From: Octopus bimaculoides
Taxonomy: Eukaryota
Assembly: GCF_001194135.2 (NCBI RefSeq)
Contig: NC_068994.1
Coordinates: 16,657,267-16,707,541, forward strand
Direction: 5' to 3'
DNA length: 50,275 nucleotides
The translations under genes and the position numbers were made by a program. Numbering within the stretch: position 1 is the first letter of the stretch; each line of letters opens with the position of its first letter. The notes under the pieces were generated by a model. It was given only the letters and a program-made list of their open reading frames with translations. It made no database searches and had not been told where the DNA came from. Shown piece by piece: positions 36,674 through 49,358 of this stretch.

Positions 36674-37080
36674 TTTACTCTTTACTCTCTTTTACTCTAT
36701 TACTTGTTTCGGTCATTTGACTGCGGCCATGCTGGAGCACCGCCTTTAGTCAAGCAAATCGACTGCAGGACTTCTTCTTTGTAAGCCTAGTACTTATTCT
36801 ATCGGTCTCTTTTTGCCGAACCGCTAAGTTACGGGGGACATAAACACACCAGCATCAGTTGCCAAGCAATGGTGGGGGGGACAAACACAGACACACAAAC
36901 ACATACATATATATATACGACGGGCTTCTTTCAGTTTTCATCTACCAAATCCACTCACAAGGCATTGGTCAGCCCGAGGCTATAGTAGAAGACACTTGCC
37001 CAAGGTGCCATGCAGTGGGACTGAACCTGGAATCATGTGGTTGGTAAGCAAGCTACTTATCACACAGCCACTCCTAGCCT
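36674..37080 (-). mobile_element. SINE family A, full length
   Basis: Reverse-complement head and tail motifs. Confidence 0.9.
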
Positions 37081-37472
37081 TGTTCTGAAATAAATTTGGA
37101 GTTATAGTCCTCTGAGAGAACATGTAGGTTTAACAACCTAAGGATTACAATTTAAATGTAGTTGGGTCTCATCAACTTCAATGTAAGAATCAGGTAATGT
37201 TCTCTCAGTAAGATTGTGGTATATTAATTAAGCAGACTGTTTATGTATTAATCAGTATCTAAAAACATTTAGAGCAAAACTTGAAATACTCCTGTTCACT
37301 TTGCCTATGCTTTAGACTCTGCTGAAAGATTCAGTCACCAATTTCCCTCTCTCATTGCCCCAAATCTACCTGCACTACATTAGTACATCCTGGCATTCAT
37401 CCATAACAGTTGAATGAATAGACTGGAGACACTGGCATACAGGAAATTACTAGAGCTTCTCTTATTATTATC

Positions 37473-37739
37473 GGACTGGCTCTTGTGCGGGTGACACATA
37501 AAATACACCATTTTGAGCGTGGCCGTTGCCAGTACCGCCTAACTGGCCTTCGTGCAGGTGGCACGTAAAAGCACCCACTACACTCTCAGAGTGGTTGGTG
37601 TTAGGAAGAGCATCCAGCTGTAGAAACTCTGCCAAATCAGATTGGAGCCTGGTGTAGCCACCTGGTCCACCAGTCCTCAGTCAAATCGTCCAACCCATGC
37701 TAGCATGGAAAGCGGACGTTAAACGACGATGATGATGAT
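37473..37739 (+). mobile_element. Family D repeat
   Basis: Core and (GAT)n tail. Confidence 0.9.
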
Positions 37740-38156
37740 AATCATCATCATCATTATTTCATTTAATTATTTAAAAAAAAGATTTTGTTGGTTAGATAGG
37801 CAAGGCTGGTGACATCTAATACCACATCCATTATACGACAGTATGGTAACATTTTATGTCAGCTGTACATATGTTACCTGGATAACGGTGTCCTAACTAA
37901 GATAATAAGTGTTAGAGTAAGACATGGAAGGTGAGAGTTATGGTGCTGAATAATCTGGCAAATGCTAAGTGTTGTCGTTGAATTACATCTATCTTTTACT
38001 TGTTTCAGCCATTGGACTGCAGCTGTGCTGGGGCACCACCTTGAAAATGTTACTAACAAGGGTGAGATTCAAACTCATGCAGGGGGACCCCAATGGATTA
38101 GAAGTCCATCACTTTAACCACTCAGCCACCTCATCTCTTGATACATATGCAGTATT

Positions 38157-38384
38157 TTAACCCTTTAGCATTTAAACCAGCCATGTCCAGCCCATGTATT
38201 CTACCTGTTTTATATTCAAACCAGCCATATCTGGCCTCTCACACATAACCTACAATGTCATTCTAAAACTAATCAATCTCATCGTGGAAATTTCGAAGTT
38301 GTGAGAAATTGCATGATTAATTAAAGACAATGTGAATAAATGAGCATTACATTTGACAGAGTAATCTGAATGCTAAAGGGTGAA
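38157..38384 (+). mobile_element. piggyBac-type MITE family M1
   Basis: TTAACCCTTTAGCATTTAAAC...AATGCTAAAGGG-TGAA. Confidence 0.88.
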
Positions 38385-40038
38385 AGCATTAAACAAAGGA
38401 GTAGTGAGGTGACAGAAATGATAGGACACTGGACAAAATATTGTTTTTAGATTTATCTTTCTATATTCCCTCTAGAACTAATGAAATATGAATTAGCAAT
38501 AATTGATTGATTGGATTGAACTTAATTGATTTGATTACACACCTTCCTCTAATTGTTCCTCACCGAATGCTATAAATATTTCAGAATAGTACTGAAGTTC
38601 CATTTTCTTTTTATCTGTTGTTAGATAAACTGTTGTATTAACATTGATGAAAGAAAAAAGAGAAAATCAAAAGACTTTTAGGTTCTGTTTTATTCTGATT
38701 TACTTCCTTAGAGTTATTTTGACACTGAAGAAAATAAGAATTTTTTTTTATTAACTATATCACTAATACATAATGCTATGGCTTGCTGAACCGTGTAGGT
38801 ATAGAATTGTTAACTGAAGACTCCACAAGAGTCAAGGGAAAACTGCAACACACCTAATGAAAAAATTACCTTGAATTTCTTTTTAGTAGTCCAGCTTGCC
38901 TGATAATGTGTCATGTCTCATGTGACCTGCTTCTCAGAAAAGGTTGCCCACTAGTCTAAAGTGTGTAACCTATAACTGGTATGACACCGAGTCCATCAAT
39001 TAGTTGAGGAACTCTTAAATATCATAATCCATATAACTGTGGTTTAATGGTTAGGGTATTTGGCCCATAATTATAGGGTCGTGTATTTGATTCCCAGCAG
39101 CATGTTGTGTTCTTGAGCAAGACACTTTATTTCACGTTGCACTAGTTCACTCAACTGGCAAAATGAGTTGTACTTGTAATTCAAAGGTTTGGCCTTGTCA
39201 CATTGTGTGTTACACTGAATCTCCCTGCGAACTACATTAAAAGTGCACATGTCTGTGGAGTGCTCAGCCACTTGCACATTAATTTCACAAGCAGCCTGTT
39301 CCATTAATTGGATCATCTGGAACTTTCGTCATCTTAACTAACAGAGTGCCAGTTGAATAGACATTGTATGTGCAAATCATGACTTTATATATATATCAAC
39401 GAGCATTATATGGTCAATGAATGTTTTCTTAGACTGCTGTTTGTTGAGATGGACTATTTGTTTGGATTGGAGAGAGAGAGAGATTAGGTCTACCAGGATG
39501 TTTTTCTCTAGATTATCATTTCCTGCTATCTCTGCCTACAGCAGAATGCTCACTAATATCAGTTGCTTCCATAGTATGAATCTATGTTCTTGGACATATC
39601 TCATGTTAGTTTCATCAGTTATACTCTTCCATGCTGGCTTTGGATATGTTGGAAGAGAGTATTAATTTTGGAGTTTTGGAGCTCAATTTACGCTTACAAA
39701 ATTCTATTTAACCTGTAGATGGGATCCTGACAGGTACTACCATTCCAGGTTAGAACAGGCTTGAGATTAATGGGTGACTCCACACTCTCACAACTCCAGA
39801 GCTCCTGAACTGTAACCTCACCAACAGATGCAATTTAAACTGGCCACATCTAACCAAAATATTCTACCTGTTTAATGTTCAAGCTGGCCAGATCTGGCCT
39901 CTTACACTTATCCTACGTTATTATTGTAGTTTGTAGAAAAACTGCAAAATATTATTCAAAGATAAAACCGTGCCGAAGATGAAAATTACAGTAATGGCAA
40001 GATTAAGATACTGGATCACTGACAATATAGTCATTAGT

Positions 40039-40490
40039 TTAACCCTTTAGCATTCAGATTAATTTGTCAAAAGTAATTCGTATTTATTCACATTAAAAAA
40101 AATTTATCTGATATTATTTTGTAGCTTCAAGATAGGAAAGATGTAATTGCTTATTTTTAGAATGACATTGCAGGGTAGGTGTGAGATGCTGGTTCTGGCC
40201 AGTTTGAGCATAAAATGTGTAGAATATCTGGGCCGGATACAGCTGGTTTAAACACTAAAGGGTTATCCTTTAGATTTTAAACTGGCTATATCTGGCCCAA
40301 ATATTCTACCTGTTTTTATGTTCAAACTGGCCAAATTTGATCTCTCACACTTACCCTACAATGTCATTCTAAATGTAAACAGTCACATCATTGAAGTTTC
40401 AAAGCTACAAGATGATGCATGACTAATTCAAATTGATATGAATAAATAAGCATTACACTTGACAGAGTAATCTGAATGCTGAAGGGTTAA
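40039..40490. mobile_element. Inverted dimer of MITE M1 sharing a central TTA(T) site
   Basis: Reverse copy at 40039-40265 and forward copy at 40263-40490; junction AAAGGG-TTAT-CCTTTAG. Confidence 0.85.
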
Positions 40491-40733
40491 TGCCTAAATA
40501 TACTAGATACACTACACAAAGATGAAGCTTTCATTTAGTATATTTAGGGTAGGCCAGTGCATTTCTATGTTACACTGAGCAATGTCTTTATAGTCCCATG
40601 GCTTTTAGTATTCATTAATTCACAACTTTAGTTGAATAAAATTTAATAATAACAGCAGTAATAATGACATGTGTAATTATTTTTATTTCTTTTATGTTTT
40701 AAATTTTATTTTCATTTTTTTTTACCTATTCAG

Positions 40734-40829
40734 CGGAGTGATTCCACAATGTTTGTTGAACGATTTTCTGTGTTAATGAACCAGTATTTACAAGCTTTAA
40801 ATGGAATTGTGCCAATATTCAATTACATG
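40734..40829 (+). CDS. CACUL1: CACUL1 coding exon 4
   Basis: TTCAG acceptor and ATG|GTGAGT donor. Encodes RSDSTMFVERFSVLMNQYLQALNGIVPIFNYM; 96 nt, phase 0/0. Confidence 0.93.
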
Positions 40830-41240
40830 GTGAGTAGTTTTGCTAACAGCAGTTATGAACATGATTTGGGAATTGTAATGGATTTATCTTTGGACCAAGA
40901 AGATGAAAATGAAATGATTGACATTGTACAATGTTATTTCTTTTATATAATTTTGTTCTCAAATCCTTTTCAGTTATCATCAACCATTATAGGTGATGGA
41001 TAAGGTATTTAATTGTTGACTCCTGGTTCTTGAGTCTTAATATGGAATAGGCATTCTGTTAATTTGTGTTTTTCTAGACAGTCACAGGTATGCCTGTATG
41101 GATATGATGGAGTTTGCTTTGTGACCACATAGCTTTATTTGTATTTCACTGTATGGCACCTTGGGCAAGTGTCTTTTGACTGTCACCTCAGATCAACCAA
41201 TGCCTTGTAAGTAAAATTGGTCAACAGAAACTGTATGGAA

Positions 41241-41472
41241 AGGCGGTGAGCTGGCAGAAACGTTAGCACGCCGGGCAAAATGCTTAGCAGTATTTCGTCT
41301 GCCGTTACATTCTGAGTTCAAATTCCGCCGAGGTCGACTTTGCCTTTCATCCTTTCGGGGTTGATAAATTAAGTACCAGTTACGCACTGGGGTCGATGTA
41401 ATCGACTTAATCCCTTTGTCTGTCCTTGTTTGTCCCCTCTGTGTTTAGCCCCTTGTGGGCAATAAAGAAATA
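41241..41472 (+). mobile_element. SINE family B (young) nested in a family A-like head
   Basis: 15-bp TSD AGAAACTGTATGGAA at 41226-41240 and 41473-41487. Confidence 0.9.
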
Positions 41473-42741
41473 AGAAACTGTATGGAAAGGCGGTGAGNNN
41501 NNNNNNNNNNNNNNNNNNNNNNNNNNNNNNNNNNNNNNNNNNNNNNNNNNNNNNNNNNNNNNNNNNNNNNNNNNNNNNNNNNNNNNNNNNNNNNNNNNNN
41601 NNNNNNNNNNNNNNNNNNNNNNNNNNNNNNNNNNNNNNNNNNNNNNNNNNNNNNNNNNNNNNNNNNNNACTCTATGTAAACAGGAGAGTTCCTGAAGTAA
41701 ATCCAGACAGTTGTTGACATCAGGTAACCGAATACTGTGAACAGGCTTTAAACAGCATTCTACAAGGTGTATATCCAAATACCCAAATATAAAATTATTA
41801 CATACACCTGTGTGTGTGTGAATGCTTACACCTTGCTTCTTCACATGCAGCCATTTAAGCAAAACAGTGACCTTACGTTGACATTCCTATTTACAAACCA
41901 TCCTTTAGCTCTACACTTTCAAAGGCAAGTGGAATAAAAAAAAAAACGTAAGGGTTAGTAACACGAAGGTTATTTGGCTGTAAAATAATAAGCATTTTCC
42001 CACCTCATGCTAGCATGGAAAAGGAATGTAAAACAAACAGAACATTTAAATTTGTATTGCTTCAGCTATGAGGGATATGCACCAGATCTTCAGGTAGTGT
42101 TGCTTGTGATGGACTAGCATCCTTTCTTGGGGTAGATTTTACCTGTCACTCACTTAGTACCATAAATCCATAGCTAGGCATTTCAACAGAAAAGCCTCTT
42201 GAAACTCAGAATCCATTTATGTTATATTTATTGTTCAAGCAGGGTTAATTATTGAAAAAAATAGAAATTTATCATGACCACTGACATAATACCAAGTCTA
42301 TCATCATCACTGTCATCACATGCACTCCAGTATAGCAGCAATATCAACCTGAGACCATGTGGTTGAGAAGCAAACTTCTTACCACACAACCTGTGCCTAT
42401 ATATGGATAATAAATCAATGCATAAAATAAGTTTTTTGTTTTGTTGAATAATCTACATTTCTTAAAACTTTTCATTTGTCAAATCATGCGGAGGGAGTGT
42501 TTGTAAAACACCATGCAGTGAAATTGGGTATTGAGTTACACAACTGACTTGGTAGACACCCACAATATTATTCACCATCTTTTCATATGTCTAACACTCA
42601 TGGACATGCTTACAAAATCAAAAACAACAAAGCGCCCATGACTTTTGGAAACATTCTTTTACCCTCAGAATTGTTGAAGCATGGTATAAATCACCTGCAA
42701 CAGTTATTAGCTGTCAAGAACACTACATTCTTCAAACCTTC

Positions 42742-43023
42742 CATCATCATCGTTTGTTTAACGTCTGCTTTCCATGCTAGCATGGGTTGGGTGATTTGAC
42801 TGAGGACTGGTGAAACCGGATAGCAACACCAGGCTCCAATCTGATTTGGCAGAGTTTCTACAGCTGGATGCCCTTCCTAACGCCAACCACTCAGAGAGTG
42901 TAGTGGGTGCTTTTACGTGTCACCCGCACGAAGGCCAGTCAGGCGATACTGGCAACGGCCATGCTCAAAATGGTGTATTTTATGTGCCACCCGCACAAGA
43001 GCCAGTCCAGGGGCACTGGCAAT
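42742..43023 (-). mobile_element. Family D repeat
   Basis: Core and tail. Older D-like copies lie at about 47600-47725, 48140-48350 and 48500-48640 (+), and 640-735 (+). Confidence 0.9.
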
Positions 43024-43395
43024 GAAATTCACCAATGGGACACCTGATACTCCCACCCCCGTTTTTTTTTTTTTTTTTTTTTTTGAAGAACTATTTACTG
43101 TTCACTTCCTGTACATATTCTGTGTTCTGTTCACACAGTTTTGGTTACTTTTTCTGATGGGCTGTAGTGCGCTGTATACAATAAGTTCATTATTATTTTA
43201 TAAGATTTGAGACCCTTGCTTTAGAACTGATCGGGGCTTGTCAATAAGGGCAACAACCATTATCATTAATAGCATTATCATCATCACCTTTTTTTATGGA
43301 GTAATTTATTGCAGCTCATCTCAGTTTATTTATTCTGCAGATTTACTTAAATTTCAATTTTGTTTCTATTGTTTTTTCTTTTTCTTCTGTTTCAG

Positions 43396-43498
43396 AACCG
43401 GTTTTATGTGGAAACCAAATTAAAGACAGATCTAAATAAAGAACTGAGAAATCTGTTTAGCGAGATTGTTGTAGAGCAGCATGTGAATAACTTACTTA
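43396..43498 (+). CDS. CACUL1: CACUL1 coding exon 5
   Basis: TTTCAG acceptor and A|GTGAGT donor. Encodes NRFYVETKLKTDLNKELRNLFSEIVVEQHVNNLL, resembling the recalled vertebrate NKFYIETKL. Confidence 0.93.
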
Positions 43499-43724
43499 GT
43501 GAGTATATTAACATAAATTATAATTGTTTACTGAATTGCTTGCTTTGTTCAGTGCATCACTAGAGCATTGCACAGAATTGCCTTGCAGTATTTAGTTATG
43601 ACCCTTTACACTCTGAGTTCAAATCTCACCAAAGTCAGCCTTGCATTTGATCTCTTAGGAGTCTATGTAAGAACTAATAATGATGATGATAATAATAATA
43701 ATAATAATAATAGTAATAATCCTT

Positions 43725-44252
43725 TCTATTATAGGCACAAGGCCTGAAATTTTGTGGGAGAGAGAAAGTTGATCATATTGACCCCAGTATTTGACTGGTA
43801 CTTAATTTATCGACCCTGAACAGATGAAAGGCAAAGTCAACCTTGGCGGAATTTGAACTCAGAATGTAACGATGGGAGAAATACTGCCAAGCATTTCACC
43901 TGGTGTGCTAACTATTCTGCCAGTTTGCCACCTTAATAATGATGATAATAATAATAATAATAATAATAATGATAATAATAATAATAATAGTGATAATGAT
44001 AATAATTATAATAGTGATAATGATAATAATAATAATAGTTTCAGATTTTGGTACAAGGACAGCAATTTTGAGGGAGGGATAAGTCAATTATATTGACTCC
44101 ACTGTTCAATTAGTACTTATTTTTATTGACCCCCAACAAAATGAAAGGCAAAGCTGAGCTTGGTGGAATTTGAACTCAAAACGTAAGGATGGATGAAATG
44201 CTGCTAAACATTTTGCCCAGGATGCAAATGGTTCTGCCTGCTTGCTGCCTTA
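43725..44252 (-). mobile_element. Two family B copies joined by an (AAT/GAT)n tract
   Basis: Reverse-complement family B motifs at 43725-43935 and 44035-44252. Confidence 0.85.
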
Positions 44253-44475
44253 ATAATAATAACAACAACAAAATGAGAATATCTTAAATAAAATCCTTCA
44301 ATGAATATCACGTGACATTTTGGTTTTCCCTTCTCTTAAATTCTGGTCTTCCTTTAGTAGTCCTGTTCTTTTAGATCGATGTATAGAATTATGTATATAT
44401 GTAAACATATTGTGAAGTGTTAGAATGTATGTATAATCTCCTAATATAATAATGAGCATTGTCTTTTTATATATT

Positions 44476-44514
<39 letters not shown>

Positions 44515-44634
44515 GTGTGTGTGTGTGTATGTATATATATATATATATAAAATAGAGCCAGAGTGAGAGGTGAAGGCAGAGGAGATAAATAGCAAAGAGA
44601 GCATCATATGAATGAGAAAGGAAGGGGTAAAAAA

Positions 44635-44895
44635 GCTGATAGATAAATTAAGTACCAGTGGAACACTGGGGTCAATGTAATGAACTGATCCCCTCCCACA
44701 AATTTTAAAAGGCAGCAAACTGGCAGAATTGTTTGCACACCAGGCAAAATGCTTAGTGTTTCATTCGTTTTTACTTTCAGATTTCAAATTCTGCTGAGGT
44801 CTACTTTCAAGGTCGATACAATAAGTACCAGTTATGTACTGGAGTCAATGTAATCGACTTTCCCCTCCCCCACAAATTTCAAGCCTTGTGCCATT
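44635..44895 (+). mobile_element. Family B fragments
   Basis: Partial tail followed by a near-complete copy. Further family B copies lie at about 9690-9860 (-) and 46686-46835 (+). Confidence 0.75.
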
Positions 44896-45309
44896 ATTAT
44901 TAACTACTTGCTCTGTCATTCTCTTGCCAGCAAATGTAGCTGCTATTACAGTCCCTCTCTCATTACACTCTGCAATTACTTTCTTTTTTCCTACCATACC
45001 TTCCAGCACTGTCTTTTCTATTTCTCCCTCTTCTAAAATATATCTTAAATACATCTGATAGTTTGAATATAAGGCTAACAATCAAATTTTCAATTGGCAT
45101 ATTTCACTGTCTTTGATCAAAGTGACCAGAGACTAACTTGAGGGATTCAACTTTTAACAACGATGGTCTCTTATGAAGGCTTAAAGATCTAAGATTTGTA
45201 AGAGAAGTGAGATTTGAGAATATGCATGCATGCCTTCCTGAAGGGATTTATGGAATTGTGAGTGAGATGTGTAAATTGAAAAGGTTACAACTGAGAATTC
45301 AATGAAGAC

Positions 45310-45828
45310 AAAATTCTGATATAAGCACCCCATATAACCCCTTATAACTATTTAATTTTTTGAATTTTCAGAAAATGTTCGCAAATTTGTGTTCTGCATA
45401 TGAGAATTTATACGATTATGAAAAAAAACCATTAAAAAAATAGCTTTTTTAACCCCTCCCCCAGCCCTATAAATCCTAAAAGTTTCACTTTTTTAAAACC
45501 AGTTTATGGACAGTCCAAATTTTTTGCTTAAATCTTAGCAATGGACCACTCTTGGGTGCATCATCATTCTATTAAATGTGTTTATGGGGAGAAAAATATC
45601 GAAAAACATCAATACATGTCAAAATGACAAAGAAACGAGGAAGGTATTAGGTGGTCATGGGATGTGCCAAAAAGTAACACCTAAATTACTATTAAATCAC
45701 ACACACAAAAAAAGATTTTTTTTTAAAGCATAATTGTATGAATCCCTATGTGTAGAACACAAATTCACAAAAATTTTCAGAAAATTCCAAAAAATAAAAA
45801 AGTTATGGGGTGTTTATACCAGAATTCC
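45310..45828. mobile_element. Non-autonomous foldback element with about 110-bp imperfect TIRs
   Basis: AAATTCTGATATAAGCACCCCATA...TTTGTGTTCTGCATA at left is mirrored by TATGTGTAGAACACAAA...TATGGGGTGTTTATACCAGAATTCC at right. No TSD recognised. Confidence 0.7.
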
Positions 45829-46479
45829 ATCCAATTATAGACTCATCTTGCCAATAACAAATACAAAGGAATATCTGTGAATGGTTGCTTGATCTTCTAC
45901 AAATAGGAGCCAAATATTAGAAAAGGACACAGATGATATAATCTTGGGTCCTCTGTACAAAGGAAAAAGATGAGTTGGTTGCAGTGGGAATGCCTTTGGT
46001 TATAGCTCTGCTTGGTCAAAGATAATCTGGTACTAAAAAAAATAACAACAATTGTTGCTGTTTAACCCCAGGTCAGCTTCAAACAAGCAAATCTATGAGA
46101 TGCTAGCAGTCACTGGATATCTGGTGCCTGTGTCCCATAAATCTACTATTATAGTTGCATTCATATGTGTGACTGCCCCATCTATTTCATAGAAGTAGTA
46201 AAGGTTATGTATGTGTTGGGGTTAAACCAGGAGTATTAAAATATTTTAGGAAAAAGAAGAAAACAAAAAGTCACAAAACTTCTTTTGTTAAAGCTGACAT
46301 AGAAATTTCTTATTAATCACTTTCTTGAACTTTTGTTCATTTCTATAAGAAATAATCCAATAATTTTACTTTTTTAAATTCATAATACCAAGTGATGGTT
46401 TGTAGTGAACAGCATTTAAGATTCCACCATTTTTGGTTTTTATAGCATGTCTCTAAATGCCTCCTTTGTATCTTTGCAG

Positions 46480-46569
46480 ATTTGTTGGAGAAAGCTTTGT
46501 CTGTTCCCTTCACTATATCCCCTCCTGTGATGGCAAGCATTATCAAAAACCTTTATTCTTTAAATCCAG
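46480..46569 (+). CDS. CACUL1: CACUL1 coding exon 6 (absent from the ORF track)
   Basis: TTTGCAG acceptor and CAG|GTAAGA donor. Encodes (N)LLEKALSVPFTISPPVMASIIKNLYSLNP; 90 nt, phase 1/1. Confidence 0.9.
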
Positions 46570-47902
46570 GTAAGAATTAGTGTGTTTGTATTTGAAACAG
46601 TAAGAGAGAGAGAGAGAGAGAGAGAGAAGGAGTGAGTATGGGACTTTCTTGAATGTGTATGATTCAATATTTATGGTGGGTATTTACGTTCTGAGTTCAA
46701 ATTCTGCCGAGGTCGACTTTGCCTTTCATCCTCTTGAGGTCGATAAATTAAATAACAGTTGCATACTGGAGTCAATCTAATCGACTGGCTCCACTCCCCA
46801 AAAATTTCGGGCCTTGTGCCTAGTGTAGAAAAGTATATTTATGGTGGATCTCATACATGTAACATACTGAGTTGAAATACTCTGATCAGTGAAAATTATC
46901 CAAGCACTTAGTAGATACAAACCTCCCTCTAGGGATGTATAATATCTAAAAGCAAGAAGCAATGAGATCTTAAATTTTTGGGCAATATAAACCAGTTTTT
47001 CCCAGCCTATTTTCCCCCAGGCCCCACTATAACTTTCCAGAAAAATGTATGTCCCACCAGTGGTTAGAAAAAAAAAAGCAACTTTACTTTTAATATATCA
47101 TATTTCATAATAATATATTTTCCTTAAAGAAATATCCACACAAAGGATTTAGAATAACACTATACTGTAGCAAACAGTCTTCACAGTATTCTTGGCTGGA
47201 GTGATTGGTTTGGTTAAGCTGAGTATAGGTGTGGTATGTTTGCTGTGAAAAAATGATTTTTACAATTCCATGTTCCACTAAAAAAAAATTTTGGATCTCA
47301 TGCTCCATCGGTGGGGCGTATGTCTCATGTTGGGAAATGCTCATTTGTATTTTGAATGTAGAACACTCACGGGAGTTATTTTCCTTTAGTGATATTTTTG
47401 AATTCATGTTTACATTTGGATTAACTCCATCATTGTCATCAGGGTTGCTTCATTCAACAAAATGAAAATATGAGATGCTAAGTGAAATGCAGGGTCAAGT
47501 TAAAATGATAAAATTTGTTATTTATCTGGTGCCTTGCTGTCCACCATAACAGAAGTGTTAAGGCTGCTCCCCCTGGGGAAGGGGATTGGCCCTGCATAGT
47601 CTTATTCCAGTGTCACATAAAAAGCACTCGTGCCTGTGCCACATGAAAGTGCTCAGGTCAACATGAAAGCACTCAACACACTCTGTAAAGTGGTTAGCAT
47701 TAGGAAGAGCATCAAGCTGTAGAAATCTTAATAAATAGTATATTCAAATATCATAATATATAAGAATTAATAGAATAAATAAAATGGACATAAAGAATGA
47801 TGATAATGGTGATAGTTTCAATAATGTAGCAAGTTTTAATGCAAATGTAAGTTGAAACTACTTTATGTTGTTGAAATGTTACCCCAACACATTTTTTTCA
47901 CC

Positions 47903-48023
<121 letters not shown>

Positions 48024-49216
48024 TGGGGTAGCCATGTATCTCTTTTACAGTAAGACACCTGTTTCTGCCACCCTTGTCATACTCTAACCTCACCTACCAC
48101 ACAAAGCTGACTCCCTCCTCAGTTGAAGGGTTTTGTTTTGAAAGCTACTTGGTGACCTTGCTTACTATATGAAAAGCACTCAGTACACTTTGTAAAGTGG
48201 ATGGCATTAGGAAGGGAATCCAGCCAGACACCATTTCAAAGTAGGCACCAGTGTTTGGCACAGTCCTCTGGGTTGTCAGCTCCTGTCAAACCATCCAGCC
48301 CATGCTAACATGAAAAGCAGGCATTAAATGATGATGATAATGATGACGATGACAACTGCGGCGGCGAAAGTGTTTTAAGAAATATAGCACAAATCGTTCC
48401 ATTATTAAATTTTTTTTAAATAGTCCTGCTCCACCAGCTATGTAGCCCCATTAAGTGGTAATAAGAGTGTCACTTTCTCGGCTGTTTTCATTGTTATAAT
48501 TGTGGTTGACATAAGGAAAGGTATCCAGCCATAGAAACCATGCCAACGCAGACAATGGGGCCTGGCATAATCCTCTAACTTGCTAGCTTCTGTCAAATCA
48601 TCCAACCCATGTCAGCATGAAAAATGGATGTTAAATGGTGGTGGCAGTGGCAGCAATGATGATGATGATTTGTGGACAATAATGTTGGTTATAGGTTCCT
48701 AATGGGTCAATCACTGCTTTGCTACATTTCTGATGATGAAAATGTCTTTTTTTTTTTCTTTTTCTTAACAATGTTTATATCCTTCATCAATATGTAACTA
48801 CAGAAGACATGTATACATACACATCTCCCTCATTGCCATTGTTACGTATCACATGCCTGCAGCACATTGCACTTAATCTTCCTCATTAAGTGCAAGTTCT
48901 CCAGCCGCCTTGCCATTCTTGTCCCACCAACATGTTATATTGTCCATCCATTGCATTTGTTGCCTTCTTCTTGGTCTAATACTCCCTACTCTTCCTTCCA
49001 TGATAATGTTTTCCAAACCTCTGCTTCTTTGAATACAACCATAATAGATGAGCTTTTGTGTTTTTTCACAATGTTCAGTTGTTGTCTTTCACTTACTTGG
49101 TGTAACATCCATTCATTGATCCAGTGGTCCTTGTAAGAAGACGCATTCCAGCTACCCACTTTTTGATAATATTGAATTTAGACAGTGATGTATATGTGTG
49201 TACATTTGTTTTCTAG

Positions 49217-49358
49217 ATTATGCCCAGTTAAAACCAGACGTATTTGCCAAATACATTCCCAACATCCGACCACCAACCTCCATATCAGAATTGGATGAAT
49301 ATGGTGCTGAAGACAGAAAAATGCAACTAGAGTTGTTACATAACCCAGAGTTCAGCTG
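49217..49358 (+). CDS. CACUL1: CACUL1 coding exon 7 (3' boundary uncertain)
   Basis: TTCTAG acceptor. Encodes (D)YAQLKPDVFAKYIPNIRPPTSISELDEYGAEDRKMQLELLHNPEFS. Probable weak donor TG|GTCTGT at 49359; otherwise the frame reads to TAA at 49426-49428. Confidence 0.85.

Noticed and set aside
41669-41790. Coding-looking stretch after the gap (LYVNRRVPEVNPDSC*HQVTEYCEQALNSILQG)
   Set aside because: Internal stop, truncated by the gap, and no recognisable motif.
7897-43210. Recurrent similar ORFs (MAEFLQLDALPNANHSESVV..., VEDTCPRCHTVGLNPEPCGW...) as a gene family
   Set aside because: They are incidental translations of SINE families D and A.
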